From a virus, in the IMG/VR virus record IMGVR_UViG_3300029258_005088: 64,000 bases of DNA. One strand, 5' to 3'. The notes beneath the pieces are model-generated. The model searched no databases. It had not been told where the DNA came from and worked only from the letters and a program-made list of their open reading frames with translations. A program made the translations under genes and the position numbers. Position 1 is the stretch's first letter, and each line of letters opens with the position of its first letter. Of the stretch, positions 26,343 through 34,596 are shown piece by piece.

Positions 26343-27109
26343 CAGTACCCTCTCCTTGGACTGCTCTTCCAGTCGTCGCTACGTTGTAGCGCGTCTTTGA
26401 TATCCTTGATATCTTCCCAGTAGAACGCACGTCCTACCGCTCCGGTACCCGGACATCCTCCGTGGAACGTCACCACGGGCTCCACGAACCTGTGCCTGAC
26501 GTTCTCCGACCTGACGTCGTTTCTCGCGGAACCGTGGTTCGTACGGTACTCACACCTATACCTGACCCATTGCTGGGTGTGGAGTACCTGCGCCTTCACT
26601 CGCATGACGATGTCTCCGCCGTCCGCGTGCGTGTCTCCGTCCTCGATCATCTCCGACACCTTGGTGTACCACTCGAAGTACAGGTACGTGGAGCCGCCGT
26701 CAGCCACGTGAGAAGCCTGTGCCCACACCGGACAGATCGAAATGATCTTTGTGCGTTCGCTCTCGTAATCGTGATCGTGTCCTTTCTCCCGGTGCCCGAC
26801 GGGTTGTACCCAGACGCAGCTGGACACGACTCGTTCCACGGGTTCCGGAGGCAACGCCTCGAAGTAATAGCCGAGTTCTTCGACTACCTGTTCCGCATCT
26901 CCGTCCAGCTCGATGTTTATGGAACCTTCCGATCCGAAGAGAGGGTACGTGCTGACCCCCGTCACGACGAGGCCCGGAGGAAGAGACCGAAGGATGCGCA
27001 GCTTGTTTTTGCGCTCCCTCTCGATCTTCTCCATATCCAGCCTATCTTTCTCCACCTTCTCGATCAGATCGGAGGTGGTGTACGTCTTGCTCTTGTATAC
27101 CATGTTCAT
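26342..27109 (-). CDS. hypothetical protein
   Basis: Coupled ORF. Confidence 0.7.
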   Translation of the reverse strand: MNMVYKSKTYTTSDLIEKVEKDRLDMEKIERERKNKLRILRSLPPGLVVTGVSTYPLFGSEGSINIELDGDAEQVVEELGYYFEALPPEPVERVVSSCVWVQPVGHREKGHDHDYESERTKIISICPVWAQASHVADGGSTYLYFEWYTKVSEMIEDGDTHADGGDIVMRVKAQVLHTQQWVRYRCEYRTNHGSARNDVRSENVRHRFVEPVVTFHGGCPGTGAVGRAFYWEDIKDIKDALQRSDDWKSSPRRGY

Positions 27110-27507
27110 GTCCAGATTATATCCAGTGCTCCGACCGACTTGGCGTGGTCCGCTATCTTGTCGATGCGCTCCGCGTCCGTGGTCATTCCTTCGTAGGGTA
27201 CGCTCTCCCGTTCGAGCATCAAGCGCTCGAGCTCGGAATCCGGCTCCGAAAGGACGTAGGTGCCCTGGAAGTTCTTTACCTCATCTGCGTTTTCTACGTA
27301 ACGATAGAACGGCTTCTTGCGCTCCTCCTCGTTACGGTTGATGATGCAGACGTACGCATGGCCGTGTACCTTGATCACGGCCCGTATGATGTCTCGGGAT
27401 GCGTCGTTTATGCTTTCGCAGGCTTCCGGCAGGTTGCACCCATCGTAGTGGATTGCGAATTGCCGGTTGAGCTCTGCGACTGCTTCTTCGATGATGTCTT
27501 TGCCCAT
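27106..27507 (-). CDS. hypothetical protein
   Basis: Start re-called to MGKDII behind GGAG. Confidence 0.65.
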   Translation of the reverse strand: MGKDIIEEAVAELNRQFAIHYDGCNLPEACESINDASRDIIRAVIKVHGHAYVCIINRNEEERKKPFYRYVENADEVKNFQGTYVLSEPDSELERLMLERESVPYEGMTTDAERIDKIADHAKSVGALDIIWT

Positions 27508-28028
27508 AGGTTCTCCATTCTTTCGGCGAAGTCCTCGCCCCATTTGTCAGTTACGAAGCTCTGCATACTTCCGTGCGTGTCCTCGTCGTATCCGTGTTCC
27601 TTGTGGAGATGGTCGTCGAACTCGAGAATAGGAAAGCAGAACAGACCATATGCCGTCATCATGTACGATCCTTTGTACACGTCGAAGCCGGTCTTCTCTT
27701 TGATGATGTCCAGCATCTCCGGATCCCGGCAATTCTTGGCGATGACCATATATACCGGGACGCATATCTCCGCACAAGTAAGGTTGTCGCAACAGTACTG
27801 ATACGCTACGTGCTTTCCGTAGGTATCCCACAGCCTGCGGATCTCCGCATAGGTCCAAGGAACCTTGGCCTCTATGTCGAGTACCGACGTGTTATTCTTC
27901 AGGATCTTGACGTATCCCTTTCCTTTGACGAAGATCTTGTAGTACCTGGTCGTTTCTTCAGAGGACCAGTCGTGAGCGTAATACTCCGTTTCCTTCCCTC
28001 TGTTTTTCTTTACTTCATAGATTTTCAT
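27408..28028 (-). CDS. hypothetical protein
   Basis: GAGGA RBS; last ~33 codons overlap the next gene. Confidence 0.65.
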   Translation of the reverse strand: MKIYEVKKNRGKETEYYAHDWSSEETTRYYKIFVKGKGYVKILKNNTSVLDIEAKVPWTYAEIRRLWDTYGKHVAYQYCCDNLTCAEICVPVYMVIAKNCRDPEMLDIIKEKTGFDVYKGSYMMTAYGLFCFPILEFDDHLHKEHGYDEDTHGSMQSFVTDKWGEDFAERMENLWAKTSSKKQSQSSTGNSQSTTMGATCRKPAKA

Positions 28029-28344
28029 TGAATCCTCTTTCCGGAACGAAGATATACTCTATGTGTGAATGCACAAAGAAATACACCCTCTTTCCTCTGT
28101 ATTTTGACCGGTAATATCCGATGTGCCAGTCGCTGGCCATGGTCAGTCCTCGAGACGGATGTCTCTCGTAGCCCATGTTCTCTGCGATAGCCACAAGACT
28201 GTCCGTATCGACGTGCCTTAGGAACGTGCGCCTGGTGATCTCGATCTTGTCGTCGATCATGTCCATAAGCCCTCGGTGTTTCGGGCCCGAGGTCGGAAAG
28301 TCACAGCAGCACTTCCAGTACTGGTACCTAGACATCTTCAGCAA
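28015..28344 (-). CDS. conserved phage protein
   Basis: EITRRTFLRHV...GLTMASDWHIGYYRS...HSHIEYIF. Confidence 0.75.
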   Translation of the reverse strand: MLKMSRYQYWKCCCDFPTSGPKHRGLMDMIDDKIEITRRTFLRHVDTDSLVAIAENMGYERHPSRGLTMASDWHIGYYRSKYRGKRVYFFVHSHIEYIFVPERGFNENL

Positions 28345-28546
28345 GGTCCGCAGGCTCTGCGAAATCGTCCTGGAGGCCCAGCTCGCTGTTGGACACCCAG
28401 ATGGAGGCGACTACCCGAGCGCCGCCTTCGGTGTCCAAGTCTATGTCTCCCTCGTCGTCGTACACGTCGATCTCTCCGTCGCCGAGTACGGCCGCCTTCG
28501 CTTTGGCGACCTCGTACGCTTTCGCTTTGATCTCTTCCAATTTCAT
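28328..28546 (-). CDS. acidic small hypothetical protein
   Basis: AAGGA RBS; I.VYDDEGDID...GARVVASIWV. Confidence 0.7.
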   Translation of the reverse strand: MKLEEIKAKAYEVAKAKAAVLGDGEIDVYDDEGDIDLDTEGGARVVASIWVSNSELGLQDDFAEPADLAEDV

Positions 28547-28555
28547 ACCTATATT
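28527..28555 (+). promoter_or_regulatory. sigma70-like promoter for a probably leaderless mRNA
   Basis: TTGATC-N17-TATATT ending 5 nt before ATG 28561; no SD between. Confidence 0.55.
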
Positions 28556-28560
28556 CCTTT

Positions 28561-29217
28561 ATGATTGATTCTTGTCGAAAACAGATAGCGGAAGAGGATG
28601 CCGACGCCATCGCCGACATCCTCTGCAATGACGAAAAAGATCGGGCACCTCTACTTGATCTTCTTCGCAACACGCCCGATATCCGGGACGATGTCCTTGA
28701 CGATCCACGGCTTGTCGCATCCGTAATGGAGATAGCGGACAAGTCCACTCTGCCTCCTCGTCTATACTTCTACGTAGGCGTCCGACACTTCCTGTCCAAA
28801 AAGGGCATGAACGACCGTGAGCTCGCAGATTATCTGAGTACGATGTGCATACACTTCCTGTTCCATACCCCGTGGGGAACGGACAATCCGATGATGCACC
28901 CGGATCTCTACATAAGCCGCGTCGTCGAAGTTTTGTCGGACGCCGTGGAGACTGAGGACTGGAACAAAGCTCACTGCCTCCACAGCCATCTGGGGCACTA
29001 TCTCCTCTTCTTCACCGGGCTGTTGCACAAGGTGCTCAAGTCGATGATACGACAAGGAGGAAGGCCCATGGAGAACTACGAGGAAATAGGCAGAGCTCAT
29101 TTCAAGCACGCATCGAACTTCGACGTTCCGATCGCGGACCTCTACGAGAAGCTACACAAAGACTTCCCGACCATACGGCTCTGTCTGAACGAACTCTCCA
29201 TAAGCTCTTTCCTCTAG
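28561..29217 (+). CDS. host-like conserved hypothetical protein
   Basis: Only convincing plus-strand gene in the first 57 kb; LYFYVGVRH...ADYL, HLGHYLLFFTG, YEEIGRAHF...RLCLNEL recall an uncharacterised bacterial family. Confidence 0.75.
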   Translation: MIDSCRKQIAEEDADAIADILCNDEKDRAPLLDLLRNTPDIRDDVLDDPRLVASVMEIADKSTLPPRLYFYVGVRHFLSKKGMNDRELADYLSTMCIHFLFHTPWGTDNPMMHPDLYISRVVEVLSDAVETEDWNKAHCLHSHLGHYLLFFTGLLHKVLKSMIRQGGRPMENYEEIGRAHFKHASNFDVPIADLYEKLHKDFPTIRLCLNELSISSFL

Positions 29218-29585
29218 GCGAGCTGCAGATTCGAATCTTCCGGCCAGAAGTCGGCCAGGCTGTTGAGCTTGACTTTCTTCTTGTTGCACTTCTGGCAGCG
29301 CTTCCTACGACGGAAATCACCCGTTCCTCCGCAGACCTTGCAAGGCTTGTGGGTACGGCGCCATTCCCAGCGAAATCCCTTTCCGGCACATCTGTTGCAC
29401 TCGCGTACGATGAACTTGTGCTTCGAAACCTTCCGCACGTACCTGCCTTCGGAGCAGGCTTTGCAATCCTCCCTCACCTTCTCGAAACGCCTTCCCGTCC
29501 CTTTGCACTCTCTGCACTCCTCCGTTCCCTCGATGAACTTCTTTCCACGACAGGCACTGCATTGCTCTACGCTTTCTTTGGACAT
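29214..29585 (-). CDS. stand-alone DnaJ-type CxxCxGxG zinc-finger protein
   Basis: Six CxxC units (CSACRG, CRECKGTG, CKAC, CNRCAGKG, CKVCGGTG, CQKC); start re-called to MSKES behind GGAGG. Confidence 0.8.
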   Translation of the reverse strand: MSKESVEQCSACRGKKFIEGTEECRECKGTGRRFEKVREDCKACSEGRYVRKVSKHKFIVRECNRCAGKGFRWEWRRTHKPCKVCGGTGDFRRRKRCQKCNKKKVKLNSLADFWPEDSNLQLA

Positions 29586-29611
29586 TGTAACCTCCAAGAC
29601 CTTTAAAATTG

Positions 29612-29651
29612 AAAAGGCCTCCCGGCGCTCGGTCGGAAGCGCTAGGAGACC
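29612..29651 (-). terminator. intrinsic terminator upstream of zinc-finger gene
   Basis: GGTCTCCTAGCGCT...AGCGCCGGGAGGCC-TTTT. Confidence 0.6.
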
Positions 29652-29655
29652 TGCT

Positions 29656-29731
29656 TGGAGGCAGAAGCATGCCCATTGCTCCTGAAGGGTCCGAAACCCT
29701 CGCAGTTACTATAGGCATACGACCACCTCCA
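29656..29731 (-). ncRNA. candidate structured RNA / riboswitch-like leader
   Basis: Nested stems TGGAGG/CCTCCA, GTATGCCT/GGGCATGC, AGGGT/ACCCT directly followed by a terminator. Confidence 0.35.
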
Positions 29732-29738
29732 GACAAAC

Positions 29739-30212
29739 CTATTCCCGTGTTATTGCATAAGATATGTCGCCATGGAGCCGTAACCGGTCCCATCGGCGGA
29801 CGTCGACGCGGGAATCTCCGTATAGCCCTCTGTAGTTGGCCAGACTAAGCCAGTTCTCCTCCATCTCAACCACGAGGGCTGCGTGATTGGTGGCCTCATC
29901 GACTTGGATAAGAAGCATGACAGGGATGTTTTCCCGTACGATCTCAATATCCGATTCGATAGGTGTCATTCTCAGGTTTAAGTGTTCCGCCGCCTCCCGC
30001 ACCCGGAACATCTCCGGCATGCAGTAGCGACACTTGGTCATTGCCAGCAGTTGCATCCAGCCGTATCCCTGTACAGGCACGCTCTTCTCTCCGAAGAAAA
30101 TGAGCGCGTTCAACAGAGCCAGTACGTGACAACAGTAGCCGTGATGCTGACGCTGCTGGACGTACCTCAGGCCGCCAAGGCGTCCAGGCAGTGCAATATC
30201 TGGGCCCGGCAC
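29739..30212 (-). CDS. putative C39-like (papain-fold) cysteine peptidase
   Basis: QQRQHHGYCCHVLALLNAL (Q...C), NHAALVV (H), LANY; start re-called to GTG 30212. Confidence 0.45.
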   Translation of the reverse strand: MPGPDIALPGRLGGLRYVQQRQHHGYCCHVLALLNALIFFGEKSVPVQGYGWMQLLAMTKCRYCMPEMFRVREAAEHLNLRMTPIESDIEIVRENIPVMLLIQVDEATNHAALVVEMEENWLSLANYRGLYGDSRVDVRRWDRLRLHGDISYAITRE

Positions 30213-31675
30213 AAGTTCCTTGCCGTCTGCACGGGAACCGCGTTCCCTATCTGCCTTATCTGATCTCCCTTGTTTCCGCAAAAGGTATACTCCTTCGGGA
30301 AGCTCATCGCCGCGGCCAGTTCATGCGGCTGAAGCATTCTGTAGTAGATGTCCAGACCTACCTGAACCAATCCGTACTTGTTGCTGCTGGCCAATATGGT
30401 CGGGATCGGGTAGTCGACGGAATGTGGCTTGGTGTTGCCGTAGTAGTCGATCAAAAACCCGCTCTGCACCATTCCGAAACGACCCTTGGTAGGAATCGTG
30501 GCCAACGGTTTGTCCAGGCTGTGAGGAACTTTCCCGGATCCCGACCCATAGTACTGGATCAGGAAACTCTCCACCAGAGAGATCGCACCTTTCGTCGCGA
30601 TCGTCGGAAGAGGGTTCTCCACAGGCCTGGGTGCGCTGCCTCCGTGCTGGCCTATGATCATCGGAGTTGCCAGGCCGAATCTGTTCCCACCTGCCGTCAC
30701 AGTGTGCAGCGGATGGTTCAGGTCTCCCGTCCTCGGCGTCACTCCTCCATAGTACTCCACCAAATACGGCTCCACGAGCCCGTGGTGGGTCCCTCCTGCC
30801 GTTATTCCGTTCAGAGGGAGGTTTACGTCGCGAGCGCCTCCCGTGCCTCTCAGAATCGTTAAAAACGGCTCCATGAGATCTCCGCCGTATCTCTCGAGAC
30901 CTGCGATGATCTTGTTCATGGTGTTTTCGGCAAGAGGCTTCTTGCGATCGAAGATGGACTGACTCGGGTATTCCCAGTCGATGATGTCCCTGGCAGGTAT
31001 CCACGGCTTGAGACCGAACCTGGCCTCCTTGTCGTGACTAAAGGCCGGAAACGCGGGAGCGTCGGAACGACGAGCGAGAAGGAAGAACCTCCGCCTCGTC
31101 GTTGGATCTCCGTAGTCGGCGCAGTTCACGACTGCGTAACTCACGTAGTATCCACATGCCCTCAGTGCGTTCATCCATGCCTGGAAGATCTCACCCTTCT
31201 TCTCCGGATCGGGAATCATCCAGGGATCCCCGCCTTTGTTGTACATCCGCTTGCCCTTGGCATCTCTCTTCTGGATCAGAGGTCCCCAGTCCTGGAACTC
31301 GGGGACGTTCTCGACGATGACGACTTCCGGACACAAGGCTTCCGCCCATCGGAGAACGTGCCAGGCCGTAGCCCGACTTTGATCGTCCGACGGCTTTCCG
31401 CCCTTGGCCACGGAATGATTCGTGCACTCCGGACTGGCGATCAGCATGTGAAGCTGCTTGCCTTTGTAGATCTTGCGAGGATCGACGTTATCCAGCGAGT
31501 CGCACACCGGAGTTACGTGAGGGTGATTGGCGCAGTGCGTCTTCAGCGCCTTTTCGTTGTGATTGAACGCATGCATTCTGATGTCTACACCGACGTCCGC
31601 TCCGGCCTGGAAACAGCCCTCGGCCGTTCCCCCTGCGCCAGCGAACAGATCCGCGACGTTTATGCATTTACACAT
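30167..31675 (-). CDS. dcm: DNA (cytosine-5)-methyltransferase
   Basis: Motif I DLFAGAGG, IV SPEC, VI ENV, VIII TRRRFF, IX RMLQPHELAAAMSFP, X QIGNAVP; five repeats in the variable region. Confidence 0.95.
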   Translation of the reverse strand: MCKCINVADLFAGAGGTAEGCFQAGADVGVDIRMHAFNHNEKALKTHCANHPHVTPVCDSLDNVDPRKIYKGKQLHMLIASPECTNHSVAKGGKPSDDQSRATAWHVLRWAEALCPEVVIVENVPEFQDWGPLIQKRDAKGKRMYNKGGDPWMIPDPEKKGEIFQAWMNALRACGYYVSYAVVNCADYGDPTTRRRFFLLARRSDAPAFPAFSHDKEARFGLKPWIPARDIIDWEYPSQSIFDRKKPLAENTMNKIIAGLERYGGDLMEPFLTILRGTGGARDVNLPLNGITAGGTHHGLVEPYLVEYYGGVTPRTGDLNHPLHTVTAGGNRFGLATPMIIGQHGGSAPRPVENPLPTIATKGAISLVESFLIQYYGSGSGKVPHSLDKPLATIPTKGRFGMVQSGFLIDYYGNTKPHSVDYPIPTILASSNKYGLVQVGLDIYYRMLQPHELAAAMSFPKEYTFCGNKGDQIRQIGNAVPVQTARNLCRAQILHCLDALAA

Positions 31676-31941
31676 AGGGCGGATGCCCTCCTATTCAGTA
31701 CGTTCGACGGATAGAGCACGCCTCTGTCACTGGTAATCAGCACAAGAGGTACCCTAAGGGCGTTGAGCAGGACGTCCAAAAACGTCAGATTGGTGCTGGT
31801 TCTCCGACACACCACGAGGAGAAGCTTGCCGTCTGCCTTGGCCACGCCTTCGATATCTCTTATGAGATCATGGACTTCGCCTGCAGTACGATAATTGCCG
31901 CTCATCTCTCTGGAACCCTTGGTGGTTATGATTTCGATCAC
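31660..31941 (-). CDS. hypothetical protein
   Basis: GTG start in TAGTG overlap with upstream stop. Confidence 0.55.
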   Translation of the reverse strand: MIEIITTKGSREMSGNYRTAGEVHDLIRDIEGVAKADGKLLLVVCRRTSTNLTFLDVLLNALRVPLVLITSDRGVLYPSNVLNRRASALCVNA

Positions 31942-32573
31942 TAATGCACTCCGTACGAAACATGTTTTACCGTGTGCATCCAGCAGGCTCTGCATTTGCC
32001 GCACGGTGACTTCGTCTTCACCGCCTGACATATGTGAGCCCCCGGGACTTTCTCCTCGGACGTATGTACCGAGGACACCAACATATCCGTATCTGGTATT
32101 TCATTGAAGTTATGACCCGACAATCGGATCACGAGGTTCGTAGGAACGTCCTCGTCCTTGACGACTGATTCCACGAATCTGTACTCCCTCGTCGGCAGCC
32201 AGTGCATGACGTCGGGAGTCTTTCTACACACCTCGAAGATGTTCTTCAGATGTCTGTGGCCCTGCAGATCTCCGCTGTCATGCCAGCGGAAGTGCGTGTG
32301 GCCTTTCTCGTACCTGAACGTAATCTCGAATACCATACACTCGATCCAGCGAGGATCCATGAGAGAATCCAGCCGTCTGTACATGGCCTTGATCACGTTT
32401 GGGAATACGTAACGCCCCTTTAGAGCGTAACAATGCGAGCAGACCGTGTTCTCGTGTCTGCGCAGTCTGGAGCCCACGATACATTTCTCCGCTGGGAGGT
32501 TGTAGCTGTATCCGGGCATCTTCGAGGGATTCGACAGCCCACCTGTGACTGCCTGAGCTTCTTTAAGAAACAT
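31941..32573 (-). CDS. Gp88-like Cys-rich phage protein
   Basis: GLSNPSKMPG, CIVGS...VCSHCYA, HFRWHDSGD, HWLPTRE, VIRLS, CGKCRACW...VSYGVH; start re-called to MFLKEA. Confidence 0.8.
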   Translation of the reverse strand: MFLKEAQAVTGGLSNPSKMPGYSYNLPAEKCIVGSRLRRHENTVCSHCYALKGRYVFPNVIKAMYRRLDSLMDPRWIECMVFEITFRYEKGHTHFRWHDSGDLQGHRHLKNIFEVCRKTPDVMHWLPTREYRFVESVVKDEDVPTNLVIRLSGHNFNEIPDTDMLVSSVHTSEEKVPGAHICQAVKTKSPCGKCRACWMHTVKHVSYGVH

Positions 32574-32623
32574 ATACCGGTCCCTTGTATAGGGGTCCAC
32601 GTTACATGATTTCTTACAAAAGA

Positions 32624-32634
32624 TATTTACAATA
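32624..32634 (-). promoter_or_regulatory. TATTGTAAATA motif, copy 1 (candidate phage promoter)
   Basis: Identical 11-mer at 35223-35233; both intergenic and upstream of minus-strand genes. Confidence 0.45.
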
Positions 32635-32658
32635 AAAAGGCGCCCCCGAAGGGGCGCC
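32634..32658 (-). terminator. intrinsic terminator
   Basis: GGCGCCCC-ttcg-GGGGCGCC-TTTTT. Confidence 0.8.
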
Positions 32659-32732
32659 CCGTGTTCTTGCTTCCGCGTCCGTGACCAGGTCCGGGACGCT
32701 TCCACAACCGTGTTTTCTGCAGATCTCCTAGC

Positions 32733-33893
32733 TTAGGCGTCCACCGCGACTTTCTGTAACAGTTTTCCCGCCACAGTGTCGATTTCCATGCGCTTGTCAG
32801 CCCATGTCTCGCGCTGGGAGATACGGCTCAGCCCGTTTGCAATGCCCCAGGCACTCGTCGGATCGAGATCGCTCTCGAAACGAACGCATGCCTCCCATGC
32901 CTTGCCAGCGAGGTTGCGAGTCATCAACCGCTTGCCGAACAAGAAGTCGAGGACTTCGTCCTTGTCCTGGCCCATGATGAAGGACTTCGACTTGGCTATC
33001 ATCAGTCGGTCGTCTTCGGTCGAAGCGTTCGCGTACTCCGTAAGGCGGCACTGCAACTGGGTGAATGCACGCTCGTCCAGGTCGGCACCGACGTGACGGA
33101 GTTTGATCTCTTTAACGTCGCTGGCGCCCCATACTATGTGATTACCGCAGGTACCACGAAATTTGAATTCCGTATAGAGGAAGCTGGACTTGCCGACTTC
33201 CGAGTTTCCGACGATGAAGCCGCGGCTCAAACCGCCATCGCTCCCATCGTCTATTCTTGCGTCATCGTTGACGAGGAACGCGAACATGTCGCGATCGCCA
33301 CGATACAGCCCGGCGGGGCCGATCATGTCGCCTTCCTTCAACCAAGTACTCTTGGTAAGGTCTTCCGCCGTAGCGGGCCTGGCTCCGGGAGCGTCCGGCT
33401 TTACCGGCCGTGCCGGCGGAACCTTCCACCCATGCTCCTGCAAAGGCAAGAGCCTGTCCAGGATGTCGACGTCGTGGATACGGGAGTATCTCTGACTCGT
33501 GATGGAACGGAGAAGCCCGGTGTCGTCATGATACAGAGACAACCCCGACGACCGTTCGTTGGCGTCGAGCGTCCGAAGACCGTCGGTAAGACATTCCGCA
33601 ACCAGTCCGGAATCGTTCAGCGTGGACAGATAACCGGACGGGGCCTGCACCATGGAGCACAGCTGACCGAACGTCCAGTTGTTGAGATCGAAGCTCTTGC
33701 CACAGGTAGTGTCCAGGGACAAGGAACCTGCATGCTCCCCGACGTGGGCGAGCTCAAAGAGAGGATCGATGTCGTAGGCCTCGGAACGTTCCTTGCTCTC
33801 CCGTGCGTTGTCTCGCATCTCTTCCAGCGTCCAGAAGCGCTCGTCCGAAGGACGGGTGCGCCACTGGTTGTAAGCCATCATCAGTTCGGTCAT
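32733..33893 (-). CDS. DUF932/DUF945-family protein
   Basis: QWRTRPSDERFWTLEE, YSRIHD, DRDMFAFLV, RGFIVGNSEVG, CGNHIVWG, IKLRH; start re-called (ATGA overlap). Confidence 0.85.
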   Translation of the reverse strand: MTELMMAYNQWRTRPSDERFWTLEEMRDNARESKERSEAYDIDPLFELAHVGEHAGSLSLDTTCGKSFDLNNWTFGQLCSMVQAPSGYLSTLNDSGLVAECLTDGLRTLDANERSSGLSLYHDDTGLLRSITSQRYSRIHDVDILDRLLPLQEHGWKVPPARPVKPDAPGARPATAEDLTKSTWLKEGDMIGPAGLYRGDRDMFAFLVNDDARIDDGSDGGLSRGFIVGNSEVGKSSFLYTEFKFRGTCGNHIVWGASDVKEIKLRHVGADLDERAFTQLQCRLTEYANASTEDDRLMIAKSKSFIMGQDKDEVLDFLFGKRLMTRNLAGKAWEACVRFESDLDPTSAWGIANGLSRISQRETWADKRMEIDTVAGKLLQKVAVDA

Positions 33894-34387
33894 GTCAATA
33901 GATCCTTTGCTGCTTGTGGTGGAAGTTCCTCGGCCAGTTTCGCTCTCAACGTGCTCCGCAATTCGCGGACACCGCCGATCACGTCCTTGGTGACCTTGAA
34001 CTCGGTGAAATCGACGTAGTCCGGGCGATCCATGTGGACGAGATCGGTCTCGATCTCCCATCCCTTGTCGATCCACCCCTTCAGCTTGCCGTAGAGCCTG
34101 ACGAGATCGTCAACGCCGTTGGGCAGCGGAATCGGGGACGAACCGCAGGCATCCAAGTATCCCAGACGCTGGATGAAGTCCACCAGAACGAACTGGTCGA
34201 CTCGGCCCAGCTTGACCGCCAGCATCACCATCGGCAGCTGATACCCGAGGTGATCTCCCTTCGCGTCGGGAGGGAAAGAGTAATCGCTGTTGATCATGCA
34301 GTTGTCGTTCATTGTCAAGCCCAGCTTGGACTCGAGTTCCTTCGGATCGGTGATCACCTCTCCGTTCACGATGTTTTGTACCTTCAT
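33890..34387 (-). CDS. hypothetical protein
   Basis: Coupled ORF. Confidence 0.7.
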   Translation of the reverse strand: MKVQNIVNGEVITDPKELESKLGLTMNDNCMINSDYSFPPDAKGDHLGYQLPMVMLAVKLGRVDQFVLVDFIQRLGYLDACGSSPIPLPNGVDDLVRLYGKLKGWIDKGWEIETDLVHMDRPDYVDFTEFKVTKDVIGGVRELRSTLRAKLAEELPPQAAKDLLT

Positions 34388-34569
34388 GCTTTCTTCTTGT
34401 TGGCTATGGTCACCATGTCCCGGACGACTCCTGCGTCTCCGGAGCTTACGATGACGGGTTCCTGTTTCTTGTCGATCGGAAGACCGACGATTACGAAGGC
34501 GGAGAAAACCTCTTCCAGCTGCCGCTTGGCGGCCTCGGCTCTCTCCCGCAGTATGTTATTGATCTTCAT
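34384..34569 (-). CDS. hypothetical protein
   Basis: Coupled ORF, GAGGA RBS. Confidence 0.65.
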   Translation of the reverse strand: MKINNILRERAEAAKRQLEEVFSAFVIVGLPIDKKQEPVIVSSGDAGVVRDMVTIANKKKA

Positions 34570-34596
34570 GATATCCTCGGGATTGGTCGTCGCCTC

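Noticed and set aside
29317-29793. 158-aa minus-strand ORF with an internal strong SD (MPIVTARV...)
   Set aside because: It runs through a terminator and overlaps the DnaJ-type zinc-finger gene out of frame; the region is better explained as structured RNA, though a short leader peptide is not excluded
32733-33893. Window is a conjugative plasmid/ICE leading region (DUF932, MTase, PAPS-like genes)
   Set aside because: No relaxase or T4SS genes; terminase, PolA, primase-helicase and SbcCD indicate a phage
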